Assembly (NCBI GenBank): GCA_963764715.1
Contig: CAVXTP010000003.1
Location: forward strand, 32,001 to 96,000
Direction: 5' to 3'
DNA: 64,000 nucleotides
Source of the DNA: an uncultured Acidobacteriota bacterium
GTDB lineage: Bacteria; Acidobacteriota; Thermoanaerobaculia; UBA5066; Gp7-AA6
The translations under genes and the position numbers were made by a program. Under the pieces are notes generated by a model that was not told where the DNA came from, searched no databases, and saw only the letters and a list, made by a program, of their open reading frames with translations. This document shows, piece by piece, positions 10,001 to 20,270 of this stretch (positions within the stretch are counted from its first letter, which is position 1; each line of letters starts with the position of its first letter).

Positions 10001-10172
10001 TTCCCTGCAGGTTGGGACTCGTCAGCTCGACGGTCACACCCGGCAGGGGCGTATTGCTCTGGTCGGCCACCGTCCCCTCCACCGTTCCGGTCGTCTGCGC
10101 GAAGACGCTGACCGGGACGAGGAGAAGAAGGCATACCGAAAGAGCCAGGGTGAATCGGTATAGAGACTTCAT
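7095..10172 (-). CDS. TonB-dependent receptor, Oar-like, copy 2
   Basis: ATG 10172 after AAGGAGG. Same architecture as copy 1 with a near-identical plug; ends VKVTF. Confidence 0.93.
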   Translation of the reverse strand: MKSLYRFTLALSVCLLLLVPVSVFAQTTGTVEGTVADQSNTPLPGVTVELTSPNLQGTRTAVTAADGRYRFPSVPPGAYTITAELSGFGKVQRKATVTLDSTATVNLSLSLSTSAEVTVTGEAPLVDSTSTTQGSNYSAKVIDKLPVGRNYADIVFTQPGVQADFGETQGRSLAISIYGSTSSENLFLIDGVNTTNVIKGFQGKDINSEFIQEVEVKTGGYQAEYGRNTGGVVNVITKSGGNEFHGGVFGYYNDTGMRADWDVPVTPDFSEQGTAENTLAGPNFFINKDVRQEWGADLGGFVVKDKVWFFGAYDRVQINQTVTPLGGPRANEDFPLSYFQNKYSGKLTLNPLQGTSIVGSVFADAQTQNGVLTTPAGFSPFTYNGRRDTGGPDYGARLNQLFGSFGIFTFQYAQHSDRYATKPFGLDVPAIRDYTTDPSGTGTNFTTAGGFGNVFGPTVNNASLRNLYSGSFTGYAGNHEIKIGGDFQDDTTSGSTFFTGGQRVRVRPCLQTGTSVCDLAQAPFYTNANGQTQQVFYQHDLLANGTTDNFQIIDASPFDVPTKRYSAYLQDQWRIIPTLTLNLGVRYDAENFYGLDPDPTIGQFSAFKLDNEWSPRIGVVWDFIGDGTSKLYASAGRFYFALPTDLNVRVFTANSAVTTFNYDPNSITQGAGAPRNELFQGGSASGEPVDGWTNGQLNGSPRIKASYQDELTLGVEKAIDPTLSIGLKGTYRTLGRTIEDRCDLDGSVAPSTCALFNPGGDGQAASGEFPTCNGSANPTDPTAGNCSATGVAVGDAKRIFRGIEMVARKQFTNAIWAQASFLYSSLKGNYSGAIREVTGQTDPGINADYDYYQFSFNGYGNLELDRPVQARIDAVYNAPFGLSAGAQFYVRSGLPMTRYGFFNNFYPTDLFLDQRGTFGRTPTDYDLNLSLAYNLNVGAVTITPQIYLFNALNRQTVSAFDTNFNTAGSFVTDTTSPFYGQAGLQPGVGTCAASATAPCSDNPDYLKTTIQNNPRLLRAAVKVTF

Positions 10173-10233
10173 CCTTTCCTCCTTCGAATAACCGCGCTTC
10201 GAACTCGAAGACGCTTCCAAGGAAAAAGGACGA

Positions 10234-10249
10234 AGCAAGTGCTGATCCT
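10234..10249 (-). promoter_or_regulatory. Putative sigma54 promoter of TBDR-2 (non-canonical AGG)
   Basis: Minus strand AGGATCAGCACTTGCT = GG-N10-GC. Upstream TTGGCAC box and an IHF-like CAAGTCGTTGAAA near 10267-10279. Confidence 0.5.
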
Positions 10250-10381
10250 CAGATTGTGCCAATAATCAAGTCGTTGAAAACACAGAGGAACGACATGAAA
10301 AGGGGTCCGTCCCGAACGGATGGCCACCCGTCCCTTTGGATCCTGATCCGGCGGGTTGAATCTCCCGAATCGGGCCCAAAC

Positions 10382-10408
10382 AAAAAAAGGGGCGGCCGAA
10401 GCCGCCCC
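10382..10408 (-). terminator. Rho-independent terminator after TBDR-3
   Basis: Minus strand GGGGCGGC-TTCG-GCCGCCCC-TTTTTTT. Confidence 0.88.
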
Positions 10409-10428
10409 CAGAAAGAACCGGGAAGGAC

Positions 10429-13400
10429 CTAGAAGGTGACCTTGAGCGCCACGCGGAGAAGCCGCGGGTTGTTGCGCTGGTTGACCTTCAGGTAGTCCGT
10501 GTTGTCCGGGCAGGGCGCCACAGCGGACGCCGAGCAGGTTCCCTCTCCAGGCGCGAGACCGGCCTGGCCGTAGAAGGGGCTCGTCGTATCCGTCACGAAG
10601 GCTCCGCCGGGGTTGAACGTCGCGTCGTAGCTGGTGGCCGTCTGACGGTTGATCACGTTGTACAGGTACGCCTGCGGCGTGATCGTCACCGGGCCGACGT
10701 TGATGTTGTAACCGAGAGAGAGGTTCATGTCGTAGTCCGTCGGGGTCCGGTTGTCGACGAAGAACGCGTGCGTGTTCGTTCCGCGCGTGTCGAGGTACAG
10801 CAGGTCCGGGTAGAAGTTGTTGAAGAAGCCGTACCGCGAGACCGGGAGACCCGAGCGAACGTAGAACTGGGCGCCCATCGAGAGACCGAACGGCGCGTTG
10901 TAGACCGCGTCGATGCGGGCCTGGATGGGCCGGTCGAGCTCGAGGTTACCGTAGTCGTTGAACGTGAACTGGTAGTAGTCGTAGTCGGCGTTGATGCCGG
11001 GGTCCGTCTGGCCGGAGGCCTCGCGGATGGCGCCGGAGTAGTTGCCCTTCAACGACGAGTACAGGAAGGACATCTGCGCCCAGAGCTGCGTGGAGAACTG
11101 CTTGCGCGCGGTCATCTCGATGCCGCGGAAGATGCGCTTGGCGTCGCCGGGCACGAACCCCGTGGTCGAGCACTCGCCGGCCGTCGGGTCCGTCGGATTC
11201 GCCGAGCCGTTGCAGGTCGGGAAGAAGCCCGAAGCGGCCTGGCCGTCGCCGCCCGGGTTGAAGAGAGCGCACGTCGAGGGAGCGATGTTGCCGTCGAGGT
11301 CGCAGCGGTCTTCGACCGTGCGGCCGAGCGTGCGGTACGTGCCCTTGAGGCCGATCGACAGGGTCGGGTCGAGGGCCTTCTCGACGCCGAGGGTCAGCTC
11401 GTCCTGGTAGGAGGCCTTGGTGAGCGGGGTGCCGTTCTTGACGCCGTTCGTCCAGCCGTCCACGGGCTCGCCCGCAGCGCTGCCGCCCTGGAACAGGAGG
11501 TTGCGCGGGGCGTTGGAGGCCTGGTCGAACGAGGTCGGGCTGTAGTTGTACGTCTGGATCGAGGAGTTGGCCGTGAACACGCGGACGTTCAAGTCGGTCG
11601 GGAGCGAGAAGTAGAAGCGGCCGGCCGAAGCGTACAGCTTCGACGTGCCGTCGCCCGCGAAATCCCACACGACGCCGACGCGCGGCGACCACTGGTTCTC
11701 GAGCGCGAACGCCTTGAAGGGGCCCGTCTGCGGGTCGAGACCGTAGAAGCTCTCGGTGTCCCAGCGGAGGCCGGCGTTCAGGGTCAGGGTCGGGATGATC
11801 CGCCACTGGTCCTGGATGAAAGCGCTGTAGCGCTTGGTCGGGGTAACGAACGGCGAAGCCTCGAGGATCGAGAAGCTCGACGGCGTGCCGTTGGCCAGCA
11901 GCGAGTGCTGGTAGAAGACCTGGGTCGTCGTGCCGGCGCTGTTCGTGTAGAACGGCGCGACCGAGAGGTCGCACACGCTCGAGCCCGTCTGCAGGCAGGG
12001 ACGGATCAGGAGGCGCTGCGCGCCGGTGAAGTACGTCGTGCCCGAGGTCGAGTCGTGCTGGTAGTCGCCGCCGAGCTTGATCTCGTGGTTCCCGGCGTAC
12101 GCCGTGAACGAACCCGAGTAGAGCTGGCGGTCCGAGCTGTTGTTGACCGTCGGCCCGAAGACGTTGCCGAAGCCGCCCGACGTCCGGAACTGCACGCCGT
12201 TCGGATCGAACGTGTAGTCGCGGATCTGCGGAATGTCGTTACCAAAGGGCTTGGTGGAGTAGCGGTCGGAGTGCTGCGCGTACTGGAACGTGAAGATGCC
12301 GAACGAGCCGAAGAGCTGGTTCAGGCGCGCTCCGTAGTCCGGTCCGCCCGTGTCGCGGCGGCCGTTGTACTGGAACTGCGAGAGGCCCGTCGGGATCGCG
12401 ATGGCGCCCTCCTGCGTCTGCGCGTCCGAGAAGACGCTGCCGACGATCGAGGTGCCCTGCATGACGTTGAACGTCAGCTTGCCGGAGTATTTGTTCTGGA
12501 AGAACGTGATCGGGTAGAGGTTGCCGAAGGTCGTGGGGTTGGTCAGGTCGAGCATCTGGAGGTTCTGGTTGACCTGGACGCGGTTGTACGCGCCGAAGAA
12601 CCAGACCTTGTCCTTGACGACGAAGCCGCCGAGGTCGGCGCCCCACTCCTGACGCACGTCCTTCTCGAGAACGTTGTTCTGGAACTGCGCGTCGCCCGTC
12701 TCCGAAAAGTCCGGCGAAGCGAAGTTGCCGAGCTCGCCGTTCTTCTGGTCGGCGCGCATGCCCGTGTCGTTGTAGTAGCCGAACACGCCGCCATGGAACT
12801 CGTTGCCGCCCGACTTCGTGATGACGTTGACGACGCCGCCCGTGTTGCGGCCGTACTCGGCCTGGTAGCCGCCCGTCTTCACTTCGACTTCCTGGATGAA
12901 CTCGGTGTTGAGGTCCTTGCCCTGGAAGCCCTTGATGACGTTCGTCGTGTTGACGCCGTCGATCAGGAACAGGTTCTCCGACGACGTCGATCCGTAGACC
13001 GAGATCGCGAGCGACCGTCCCTGGGTCTCGCCGAAGTCCGCCTGGACGCCCGGCTGCGTGAACACGATGTCCGCGTAGTTGCGTCCGACCGGCAGCTTGT
13101 CGATGACCTTCGCCGAGTAGTTGGAGCCCTGGGTCGTCGACGTCGAGTCGACCATCGGCGCCTCACCGGTGACGGTGATCTCGGCCGACGTCGAGAGCGA
13201 CAGCGACAGGTTGACGGTGGCCGTCGCGTCGAGGGTGACGCGCGCCTTCCGCTCGACCTTGCCGAAGCCCGACAGTTCCGCGGTGATCGTGTACGCGCCC
13301 GGCGGAACCGACGGGAAGCGATAACGACCGTCCGCCGCGGTGACCGCGGTCCGCGAACCCTGCAGGCTGGGACTCGTCAATTCGACGGTCACACCCGGCA

Positions 13401-13527
13401 GGGGCGCGTTGCTCTGGTCGGTGACCGTCCCCTCCACGGTTCCGGTCGTCTGCCCGAAGACGGCGACCGGAGCGAGGAGAAGAAGGCATACCGAAAGAGC
13501 GAGGGTAAATCGGTACACAGACTTCAT
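10429..13527 (-). CDS. TonB-dependent receptor, Oar-like, copy 3
   Basis: ORF of 1032 aa, SD AAGGAGG, same motifs as copies 1 and 2, ends LKVTF. Confidence 0.93.
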   Translation of the reverse strand: MKSVYRFTLALSVCLLLLAPVAVFGQTTGTVEGTVTDQSNAPLPGVTVELTSPSLQGSRTAVTAADGRYRFPSVPPGAYTITAELSGFGKVERKARVTLDATATVNLSLSLSTSAEITVTGEAPMVDSTSTTQGSNYSAKVIDKLPVGRNYADIVFTQPGVQADFGETQGRSLAISVYGSTSSENLFLIDGVNTTNVIKGFQGKDLNTEFIQEVEVKTGGYQAEYGRNTGGVVNVITKSGGNEFHGGVFGYYNDTGMRADQKNGELGNFASPDFSETGDAQFQNNVLEKDVRQEWGADLGGFVVKDKVWFFGAYNRVQVNQNLQMLDLTNPTTFGNLYPITFFQNKYSGKLTFNVMQGTSIVGSVFSDAQTQEGAIAIPTGLSQFQYNGRRDTGGPDYGARLNQLFGSFGIFTFQYAQHSDRYSTKPFGNDIPQIRDYTFDPNGVQFRTSGGFGNVFGPTVNNSSDRQLYSGSFTAYAGNHEIKLGGDYQHDSTSGTTYFTGAQRLLIRPCLQTGSSVCDLSVAPFYTNSAGTTTQVFYQHSLLANGTPSSFSILEASPFVTPTKRYSAFIQDQWRIIPTLTLNAGLRWDTESFYGLDPQTGPFKAFALENQWSPRVGVVWDFAGDGTSKLYASAGRFYFSLPTDLNVRVFTANSSIQTYNYSPTSFDQASNAPRNLLFQGGSAAGEPVDGWTNGVKNGTPLTKASYQDELTLGVEKALDPTLSIGLKGTYRTLGRTVEDRCDLDGNIAPSTCALFNPGGDGQAASGFFPTCNGSANPTDPTAGECSTTGFVPGDAKRIFRGIEMTARKQFSTQLWAQMSFLYSSLKGNYSGAIREASGQTDPGINADYDYYQFTFNDYGNLELDRPIQARIDAVYNAPFGLSMGAQFYVRSGLPVSRYGFFNNFYPDLLYLDTRGTNTHAFFVDNRTPTDYDMNLSLGYNINVGPVTITPQAYLYNVINRQTATSYDATFNPGGAFVTDTTSPFYGQAGLAPGEGTCSASAVAPCPDNTDYLKVNQRNNPRLLRVALKVTF

Positions 13528-13594
13528 TCCCTTCCTCCTTTAAAACTGAGTTTGTAAGAAACGAGTGAGATTCCTCACGGCGAAGCAATCAGAA

Positions 13595-13611
13595 AGCAAT
13601 GTGGTTGCCAG
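13595..13611 (-). promoter_or_regulatory. Sigma54 -24/-12 promoter of TBDR-3
   Basis: Minus strand CTGGCAACCACATTGCT matches TGGC-N6-TTGC in an AT-rich intergenic region. Confidence 0.75.
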
Positions 13612-13721
13612 AAAAACCCAAGAACTTCGCGGACTGTAACTGATTGTCCCGTTAGGAGAAAGAGAAAAGTCGCGGGAAAATCTTTCCCAAATCTGGGCAG
13701 ATTATTGGAGCGGAATCCGGA

Positions 13722-14270
13722 TTATTGGATGTTGGGGACCCGGGGAGGCTCGGGTCCGATCACGGCCAGGAGGGCTCCTCGATCGACCGCCGTGCCCGCC
13801 ACGACCTCGACCCGGGAGACGATTCCCGCGCGCTCGGCGCGGATCTCGTTCTGCATCTTCATGGCCTCGAGCACCAGGAGGAGCGAGCCCGCGGCGACCG
13901 GGGACCCGGCGGAGACGGCCACTTCGACCACGCGGCCCGGCATCAGCGCGCGAACCTCCTGATTGCGGCCGCGGCTCGAGCCGTGCTCGCCGCCATGCGC
14001 CAGACGATCCTGCAGCGGCGGCGCGAGCGCGATGCGCATCGACGCGCCGGGGCGGACGAGCTCGACTTCGCCGGGCCGTCCCGGAAACGCGCGGCCCGAG
14101 ATCTGGCGGCCGTCCTCGAAGATGAGCGAGATCGCGCCGTCCGGCAGCCGCGCGAGCTCGGCGCGCGCGTCGACGCCGGCCCGACGCAGAACGCAGCGCT
14201 CGCCGTCGAGATCGACGGTCAGCTCCTCGGGGCCCGACTCCCCGCGATGGACCAGGCGCAGCCGACGCAT
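13722..14270 (-). CDS. Biotin carboxyl carrier / biotin-lipoyl domain subunit
   Basis: ATG 14270 (MRRLRLVH), biotinylation motif LEAMKMQNEI, ALMPGRVV. Confidence 0.9.
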   Translation of the reverse strand: MRRLRLVHRGESGPEELTVDLDGERCVLRRAGVDARAELARLPDGAISLIFEDGRQISGRAFPGRPGEVELVRPGASMRIALAPPLQDRLAHGGEHGSSRGRNQEVRALMPGRVVEVAVSAGSPVAAGSLLLVLEAMKMQNEIRAERAGIVSRVEVVAGTAVDRGALLAVIGPEPPRVPNIQ

Positions 14271-14275
14271 CGCCG

Positions 14276-15769
14276 TCAGTCCTTCAGCGCTTCGCGGCGC
14301 GCCGCGGTCCGCCACGCGGACGCTTCGCCCCGGGCCGGCGCTGGAAGCATCGCGTCCGCCGCGGCCATCGAGACCGCCGCGAGCCAGAGCTCGTCGGCCC
14401 GCGGGCGCTCGTCGGGCAAGAGCCCCTCCGCGAGCCGGCGGTCCAGCCACTGGACGTCGAAGCGCGCGTCGCGGAATTCCGCGTCGGCGACGAGCGCCCG
14501 GAAGAGCGGGAGGGTCGTTTCGACACCCGCGACCTCGTACTCCGCGAGGGCGCGGGCGAGCCGCGTCACCGCGGCGGGGCGGTCGGGAGCGTGGACGATG
14601 AGCTTGCCGAGCATCGGGTCGTAGTCGATCGGGACGACCGAGCCGGTCTCGACGCCGACGTCGTTGCGGATGCCCGGGCCCTGCGGCAATCGCAGCGCCT
14701 CGATGCGTCCGGGCGACGGCGCGAAGCCGCGGCGGGGGTCCTCCGCGTAGACGCGGCACTCGAGGGCATGGCCGCGGGGTTTCAGGTCGGCCGCGGAAAA
14801 CGGCAGCGCCTCGCCGAGGGCGACCCGGATCATGGCGCACGCGAGATCCACGCCCCAGACCTCTTCGGTCACGGGATGCTCGACCTGGAGGCGCGTGTTC
14901 ATCTCGAGGAAGTAGAAGGCGCCGTCCGGCGCCAGGAGGAACTCGACCGTCCCGCAGGACGTGTAGCCGACGGCCCGCGCCGCCGAAAGCGCCGCCTCGA
15001 GGAGCCGGGCGCGAAGGGGCGGATCGACGGCGGGCGACGGGCACTCCTCCACGACCTTCTGGTGGCGGCGCTGGACGCTGCACTCGCGCTCCCCGACCGC
15101 GACGAGCCGGCCCCGGGCGTCGCCGATGACCTGGACCTCGATGTGGCGGGGCCGCTCGACGAGCTTTTCCGCGTACACCGCGCCGTCGCCGAAGGAGGCC
15201 TGCGCCTCGGAGGCGACGCGCTCGAAGGCGTTCGGGAGCTCCGACGCCGACTCGACGCGCCGCATCCCCTTTCCGCCCCCGCCGGCGGAGGCCTTCAGCA
15301 GGATGGGATAGCCCGCTGCGGCGGCAAACTCGGCAAGCTCCGCCGCGCCCGACGCCGCCTTCGCCGTGCCGGGCACGACGGGCACTCCCGCTTCGCGCAT
15401 CCGCTCGCGGGCGCCGGTCTTCGAGCCCATGGCGGCGATCGCCTCCGGGCTCGGGCCCACGAAGGTCAGTCCCTCCGCGGCGCACGCGCGGGCGAAGGCC
15501 GCGTTCTCGGCGAGGAACCCGTAGCCGGGATGGACGAGCGTCGCCCCGGTCTTCTTCGCGGCCGCCAGAATCGACGGCACGGACAGGTAGCTCTCGCGCG
15601 CGGGGGCCGGGCCCAGGCGCGCCGCGTGGTCGGCCATCGCGACGTGGGGCGCGGCGCGGTCGGCGTCCGAATAGACGGCCACGGTCTCGAGGCCGAGGTC
15701 GCGGCAGGCGCGGAAGATCCGCACGGCGATCTCGCCGCGATTGGCGACGAGCAGGCGCGGCCTCTTCAC
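14276..15769 (-). CDS. accC: Biotin carboxylase subunit of an acyl-CoA carboxylase
   Basis: LVANRGEIA, HPGYGFLAEN, GGGGKGMR, ERECSVQRRHQK, EMNTRLQVEHPVTE. Confidence 0.92.
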   Translation of the reverse strand: MKRPRLLVANRGEIAVRIFRACRDLGLETVAVYSDADRAAPHVAMADHAARLGPAPARESYLSVPSILAAAKKTGATLVHPGYGFLAENAAFARACAAEGLTFVGPSPEAIAAMGSKTGARERMREAGVPVVPGTAKAASGAAELAEFAAAAGYPILLKASAGGGGKGMRRVESASELPNAFERVASEAQASFGDGAVYAEKLVERPRHIEVQVIGDARGRLVAVGERECSVQRRHQKVVEECPSPAVDPPLRARLLEAALSAARAVGYTSCGTVEFLLAPDGAFYFLEMNTRLQVEHPVTEEVWGVDLACAMIRVALGEALPFSAADLKPRGHALECRVYAEDPRRGFAPSPGRIEALRLPQGPGIRNDVGVETGSVVPIDYDPMLGKLIVHAPDRPAAVTRLARALAEYEVAGVETTLPLFRALVADAEFRDARFDVQWLDRRLAEGLLPDERPRADELWLAAVSMAAADAMLPAPARGEASAWRTAARREALKD

Positions 15770-15773
15770 GGCG

Positions 15774-17318
<1,545 letters not shown>

Positions 17319-17328
17319 TCCGGAAGGA

Positions 17329-17607
17329 TCAGAGGACGATGCCCCGCTGCTCGGCGAGCTTGCGGCGGATGCGGCGGAAGAGCTCGTGGCCGTCGACGCG
17401 GCCGGCGGCGATTTCCTGCCGGGCCGACTCCATCATGCGGCGCGCCTCCTCGTCGAGGGTGCGCTCCTTCTCGGACTCCGACTCGAGCGCCGCGAACACC
17501 GCGTCGCGCAGGGCGCCCGGCGCCTTCTCCGCGAAGAGCTTGCGGCTGGCGATCCCGCGGGCCGCGCGCCCGGCGAGAAAATCCTTCTTGACGTCGGCGA
17601 GACTCAT
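17329..17607 (-). CDS. DUF507-like small protein
   Basis: [12 protein letters not shown]...LDEEARRMM...[16 protein letters not shown]. The C-terminal pattern resembles DUF507. Confidence 0.7.
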   Translation of the reverse strand: MSLADVKKDFLAGRAARGIASRKLFAEKAPGALRDAVFAALESESEKERTLDEEARRMMESARQEIAAGRVDGHELFRRIRRKLAEQRGIVL

Positions 17608-17643
17608 GCCCTTCCCCCGCGCGATGTTATTACACTGCCTGCC

Positions 17644-18969
17644 GTGCACTGGGACGACACCGCCGTGACCCGCTGGCTCGAGCCGCTCGCCGCGCGCCCG
17701 GGCGAGCTCGCCGACGTCTTCGGCGAGCGCCTGCGCGAGGTTTCGCTCGACTGGCGCGACGGACAGGTCCACGAGGTCCGCGTGCGCCGCGAGGAGGGCG
17801 TCGGCGCGCGGTGGCGCTTCCAGGGCGAGGAGCGCCTCGCGTTCGTGGCCGGCGCGGACGAGGCCTCGGTGCGCGAGGCCGTGCGCGCCCTGCGGAGCGT
17901 GGCCGGCCGGGAGCCCCTCCCGATCCGGGCCGCGCGCGCGTCCGCCGCGGACGACGAGGACGCCTCGCTCGAGGCCGAGCGCTGGACGCGCCGGCTGACG
18001 GGCGTCCTCGGCCGCCACGCACCCCGGCACCGGTTCCTGTGGCGCTCGCTCGAGACCGAGCGGCGCGTCGTCGCGGCGGGAGCGCCGGCGGCGACCTCGC
18101 GCCGGCGGCTCCTCTCCCTCGAGGGCCGGTTCACCGCGGCGTCGCGCCACGGCGACGAGGAACGGACGATCGCCTTCCACGCTCCCGACGCCGACGCGAC
18201 CCCGGACGAGCTGCGGGCGGCGCTCACGGCGGCCGCGGCGCCGCGCGACCGTCCGGTCGAGGTCGGGGCGGGCGAGACGGACGTCGTGCTCGCCGCCGGC
18301 TCGGCGGCGGTGCTCTTTCACGAGATCCTCGGTCACGCGCTGGAGGCCGATGCCGCGGCCTCGCCGCTCTCGGCCCTCAAGGACGCCCGCGTCGCCGTCG
18401 CGGAGCTCGACGTCGCCGACGACGCGCGGAGGCTCGACCTCTTCGGCGGCTACGAGCGCGACGACGAGGGCACGGCGCCGCGACCCGTCAAGCTGCTGCA
18501 CTCGGGCCACCTCGGCGCGAGGCTGACCGACCGCGCGCACGCGCGCCCGGGAGGCTCGACCGGCCACGGGCGGCGCGCCGGGCCGGCCGAGGCGCCCATG
18601 CCCCGCTGCTCCAACGTCGTCCTCCCGGCCGGCGCGGCGACCTCCGACGAGATCGCCCGGCGCGTGACCGACGGGCTCTGGATCGAGGAGTTCCAGGGCG
18701 GCTCGGTCGAGCTCTCGGGCGGGACGTTCCGCCTGCGCTTCCCCCGCGCCCGCCGCGTCCGCCGCGGGCGCTTCACCGAGGAGCTCGGGCCGGGCATCCT
18801 GGCGGGCGAGATCCTGACGGCCCTGAAGAACGTCGAGCCCGTGCTCGGCCGCGAGTCCCGGCCGTGCCGCAGCCTCGGCTGGTGCGCGCGCGACGGGCAG
18901 CTCCTGCCCGTCCAGGGCGCGGCCCCGGACGTCCTGATCCGGCGCCTCGCCGTCCGGCCCGTGCTGTGA
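17644..18969 (+). CDS. tldD: TldD-like metalloprotease subunit
   Basis: Zinc motif LFHEILGHALEAD, DDEGT, STGHGRR, PMPRCSN, C-terminal WCARDGQ. GTG start at 17644 inferred. Confidence 0.85.
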   Translation: MHWDDTAVTRWLEPLAARPGELADVFGERLREVSLDWRDGQVHEVRVRREEGVGARWRFQGEERLAFVAGADEASVREAVRALRSVAGREPLPIRAARASAADDEDASLEAERWTRRLTGVLGRHAPRHRFLWRSLETERRVVAAGAPAATSRRRLLSLEGRFTAASRHGDEERTIAFHAPDADATPDELRAALTAAAAPRDRPVEVGAGETDVVLAAGSAAVLFHEILGHALEADAAASPLSALKDARVAVAELDVADDARRLDLFGGYERDDEGTAPRPVKLLHSGHLGARLTDRAHARPGGSTGHGRRAGPAEAPMPRCSNVVLPAGAATSDEIARRVTDGLWIEEFQGGSVELSGGTFRLRFPRARRVRRGRFTEELGPGILAGEILTALKNVEPVLGRESRPCRSLGWCARDGQLLPVQGAAPDVLIRRLAVRPVL

Positions 18970-20252
18970 AGGCCGTCGGCAAGGACGCCGCGGAGAGCCC
19001 CGCGCCGGACCGGGAGCTGCGCGGCCGGCTGGAGCGCCGCGCGCCCGGGCAGTGGGAGCTGTACCGCAAGACCGGCGAGTCGTGGGAGCTCGCCGCTTCG
19101 CCGGGCCTCGCGCGCACGGCCTGGAGGCGCGAGGAAGGCTGGGCCGCCCGCTGGTGGGACCGCGGCGGCCCGCGGTTCGCCGCCGCCTCGAGCGCCGCGG
19201 CGCTCGGCGCGGCCGTCGAGGACGCGGCGCGTTACGCCGTGGCCGACGAGCCCCCGCCGGAATGGCCGACGCGCGTCGCCGCGGCGCCTCCGGAGATCGC
19301 GGCCGAGCCGCCCCCCGCCCTCTTCGCCGACCTCGCGCGCGCCGTCGCCGCCGCCTCGCGCGGCGAGTGCACGCTCGCCGGCCTGACGCTTCGGCGCGGG
19401 GCGACCCGCGAGCGGATCGAGAACGGAGCCGGCCTCGACGTCGCGTCGGCGCGGTCGGCCGTCGACGGCGTGGCCACGGCGATCGGCCGCCGCGGGGGCC
19501 GCGCCCGCGAGGTCCGCGTCGCGTTTCAGGCGGCGGACCTTCCTCCGATCGACCCCCTGGCGCGGCGCCTCTGCGACGCGGCGGTCCTGCCCCTCGAGGA
19601 GCCGGCCTCGCCGCCGTCGCGCGGGCAGTGGCTGCTGGATCCGTCGGTCGGCGCCGCCCTGCTCGCCGCGCTCGCGCCGGTCTTCACGTCCGAGCGACCG
19701 CCCCTCTGGATCGCGCGCGGGAGCCTCGCCTCCCCGGAGGTCTCGATCGCGGACGACGCGTCCGGCGACGCGCCGTTCGACGGCGAGGGCGTGGCCACGC
19801 GGCGCGTCCTCCTCGTCGAGGAGGGGCGGCTCGCGGCCGGCCTGTACGACCTGCGCACGGCGCGCCGCGCGGGCCGCTCCTCGACCGGCCACGGCGTGCG
19901 TCCGTCCTTCCGCACCCCCCCGGCCGCCGGCCCGCGCCGGATCTTCTTCGAGACCCGCGCCCCGCGGCCCGCGGCGGAGCTGCTCGCCTCGGTGACCCGC
20001 GGCCTCTACGCCTCCGCCCTGACGGCGCCGGTGCGGGTCGACCTGGCGGAGGACCGCTTCGAGATCGAGTTCACCGGCATCGCGATCGTCGCCGGCCGGG
20101 CCCGCGGCGCCGTCGCCGGCGCGAAGGCCGCCGGCCGGATCTCGGAGCTGCTGCACCGCGTGCGCGCGCTGTCGGGCGACGCGCAGTTCTTCCCGATGCC
20201 GTTCGCGGCGGGCTCGCCGACGATTCTGGTGGAGCGGGCGAGCTTCGAGTGA
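18966..20252 (+). CDS. TldE/PmbA-like subunit
   Basis: GTGA overlap with the tldD stop. PFDGEGVAT and STGHG present, no HExxH. Confidence 0.8.
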   Translation: MKAVGKDAAESPAPDRELRGRLERRAPGQWELYRKTGESWELAASPGLARTAWRREEGWAARWWDRGGPRFAAASSAAALGAAVEDAARYAVADEPPPEWPTRVAAAPPEIAAEPPPALFADLARAVAAASRGECTLAGLTLRRGATRERIENGAGLDVASARSAVDGVATAIGRRGGRAREVRVAFQAADLPPIDPLARRLCDAAVLPLEEPASPPSRGQWLLDPSVGAALLAALAPVFTSERPPLWIARGSLASPEVSIADDASGDAPFDGEGVATRRVLLVEEGRLAAGLYDLRTARRAGRSSTGHGVRPSFRTPPAAGPRRIFFETRAPRPAAELLASVTRGLYASALTAPVRVDLAEDRFEIEFTGIAIVAGRARGAVAGAKAAGRISELLHRVRALSGDAQFFPMPFAAGSPTILVERASFE

Positions 20253-20270
20253 CCCGGTCGGGCCGGGCGT

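Noticed and set aside
17644-20252. RiPP cluster around TldD/TldE
   Set aside because: No YcaO, radical SAM, lanthipeptide enzyme or credible precursor peptide nearby; the context is housekeeping.
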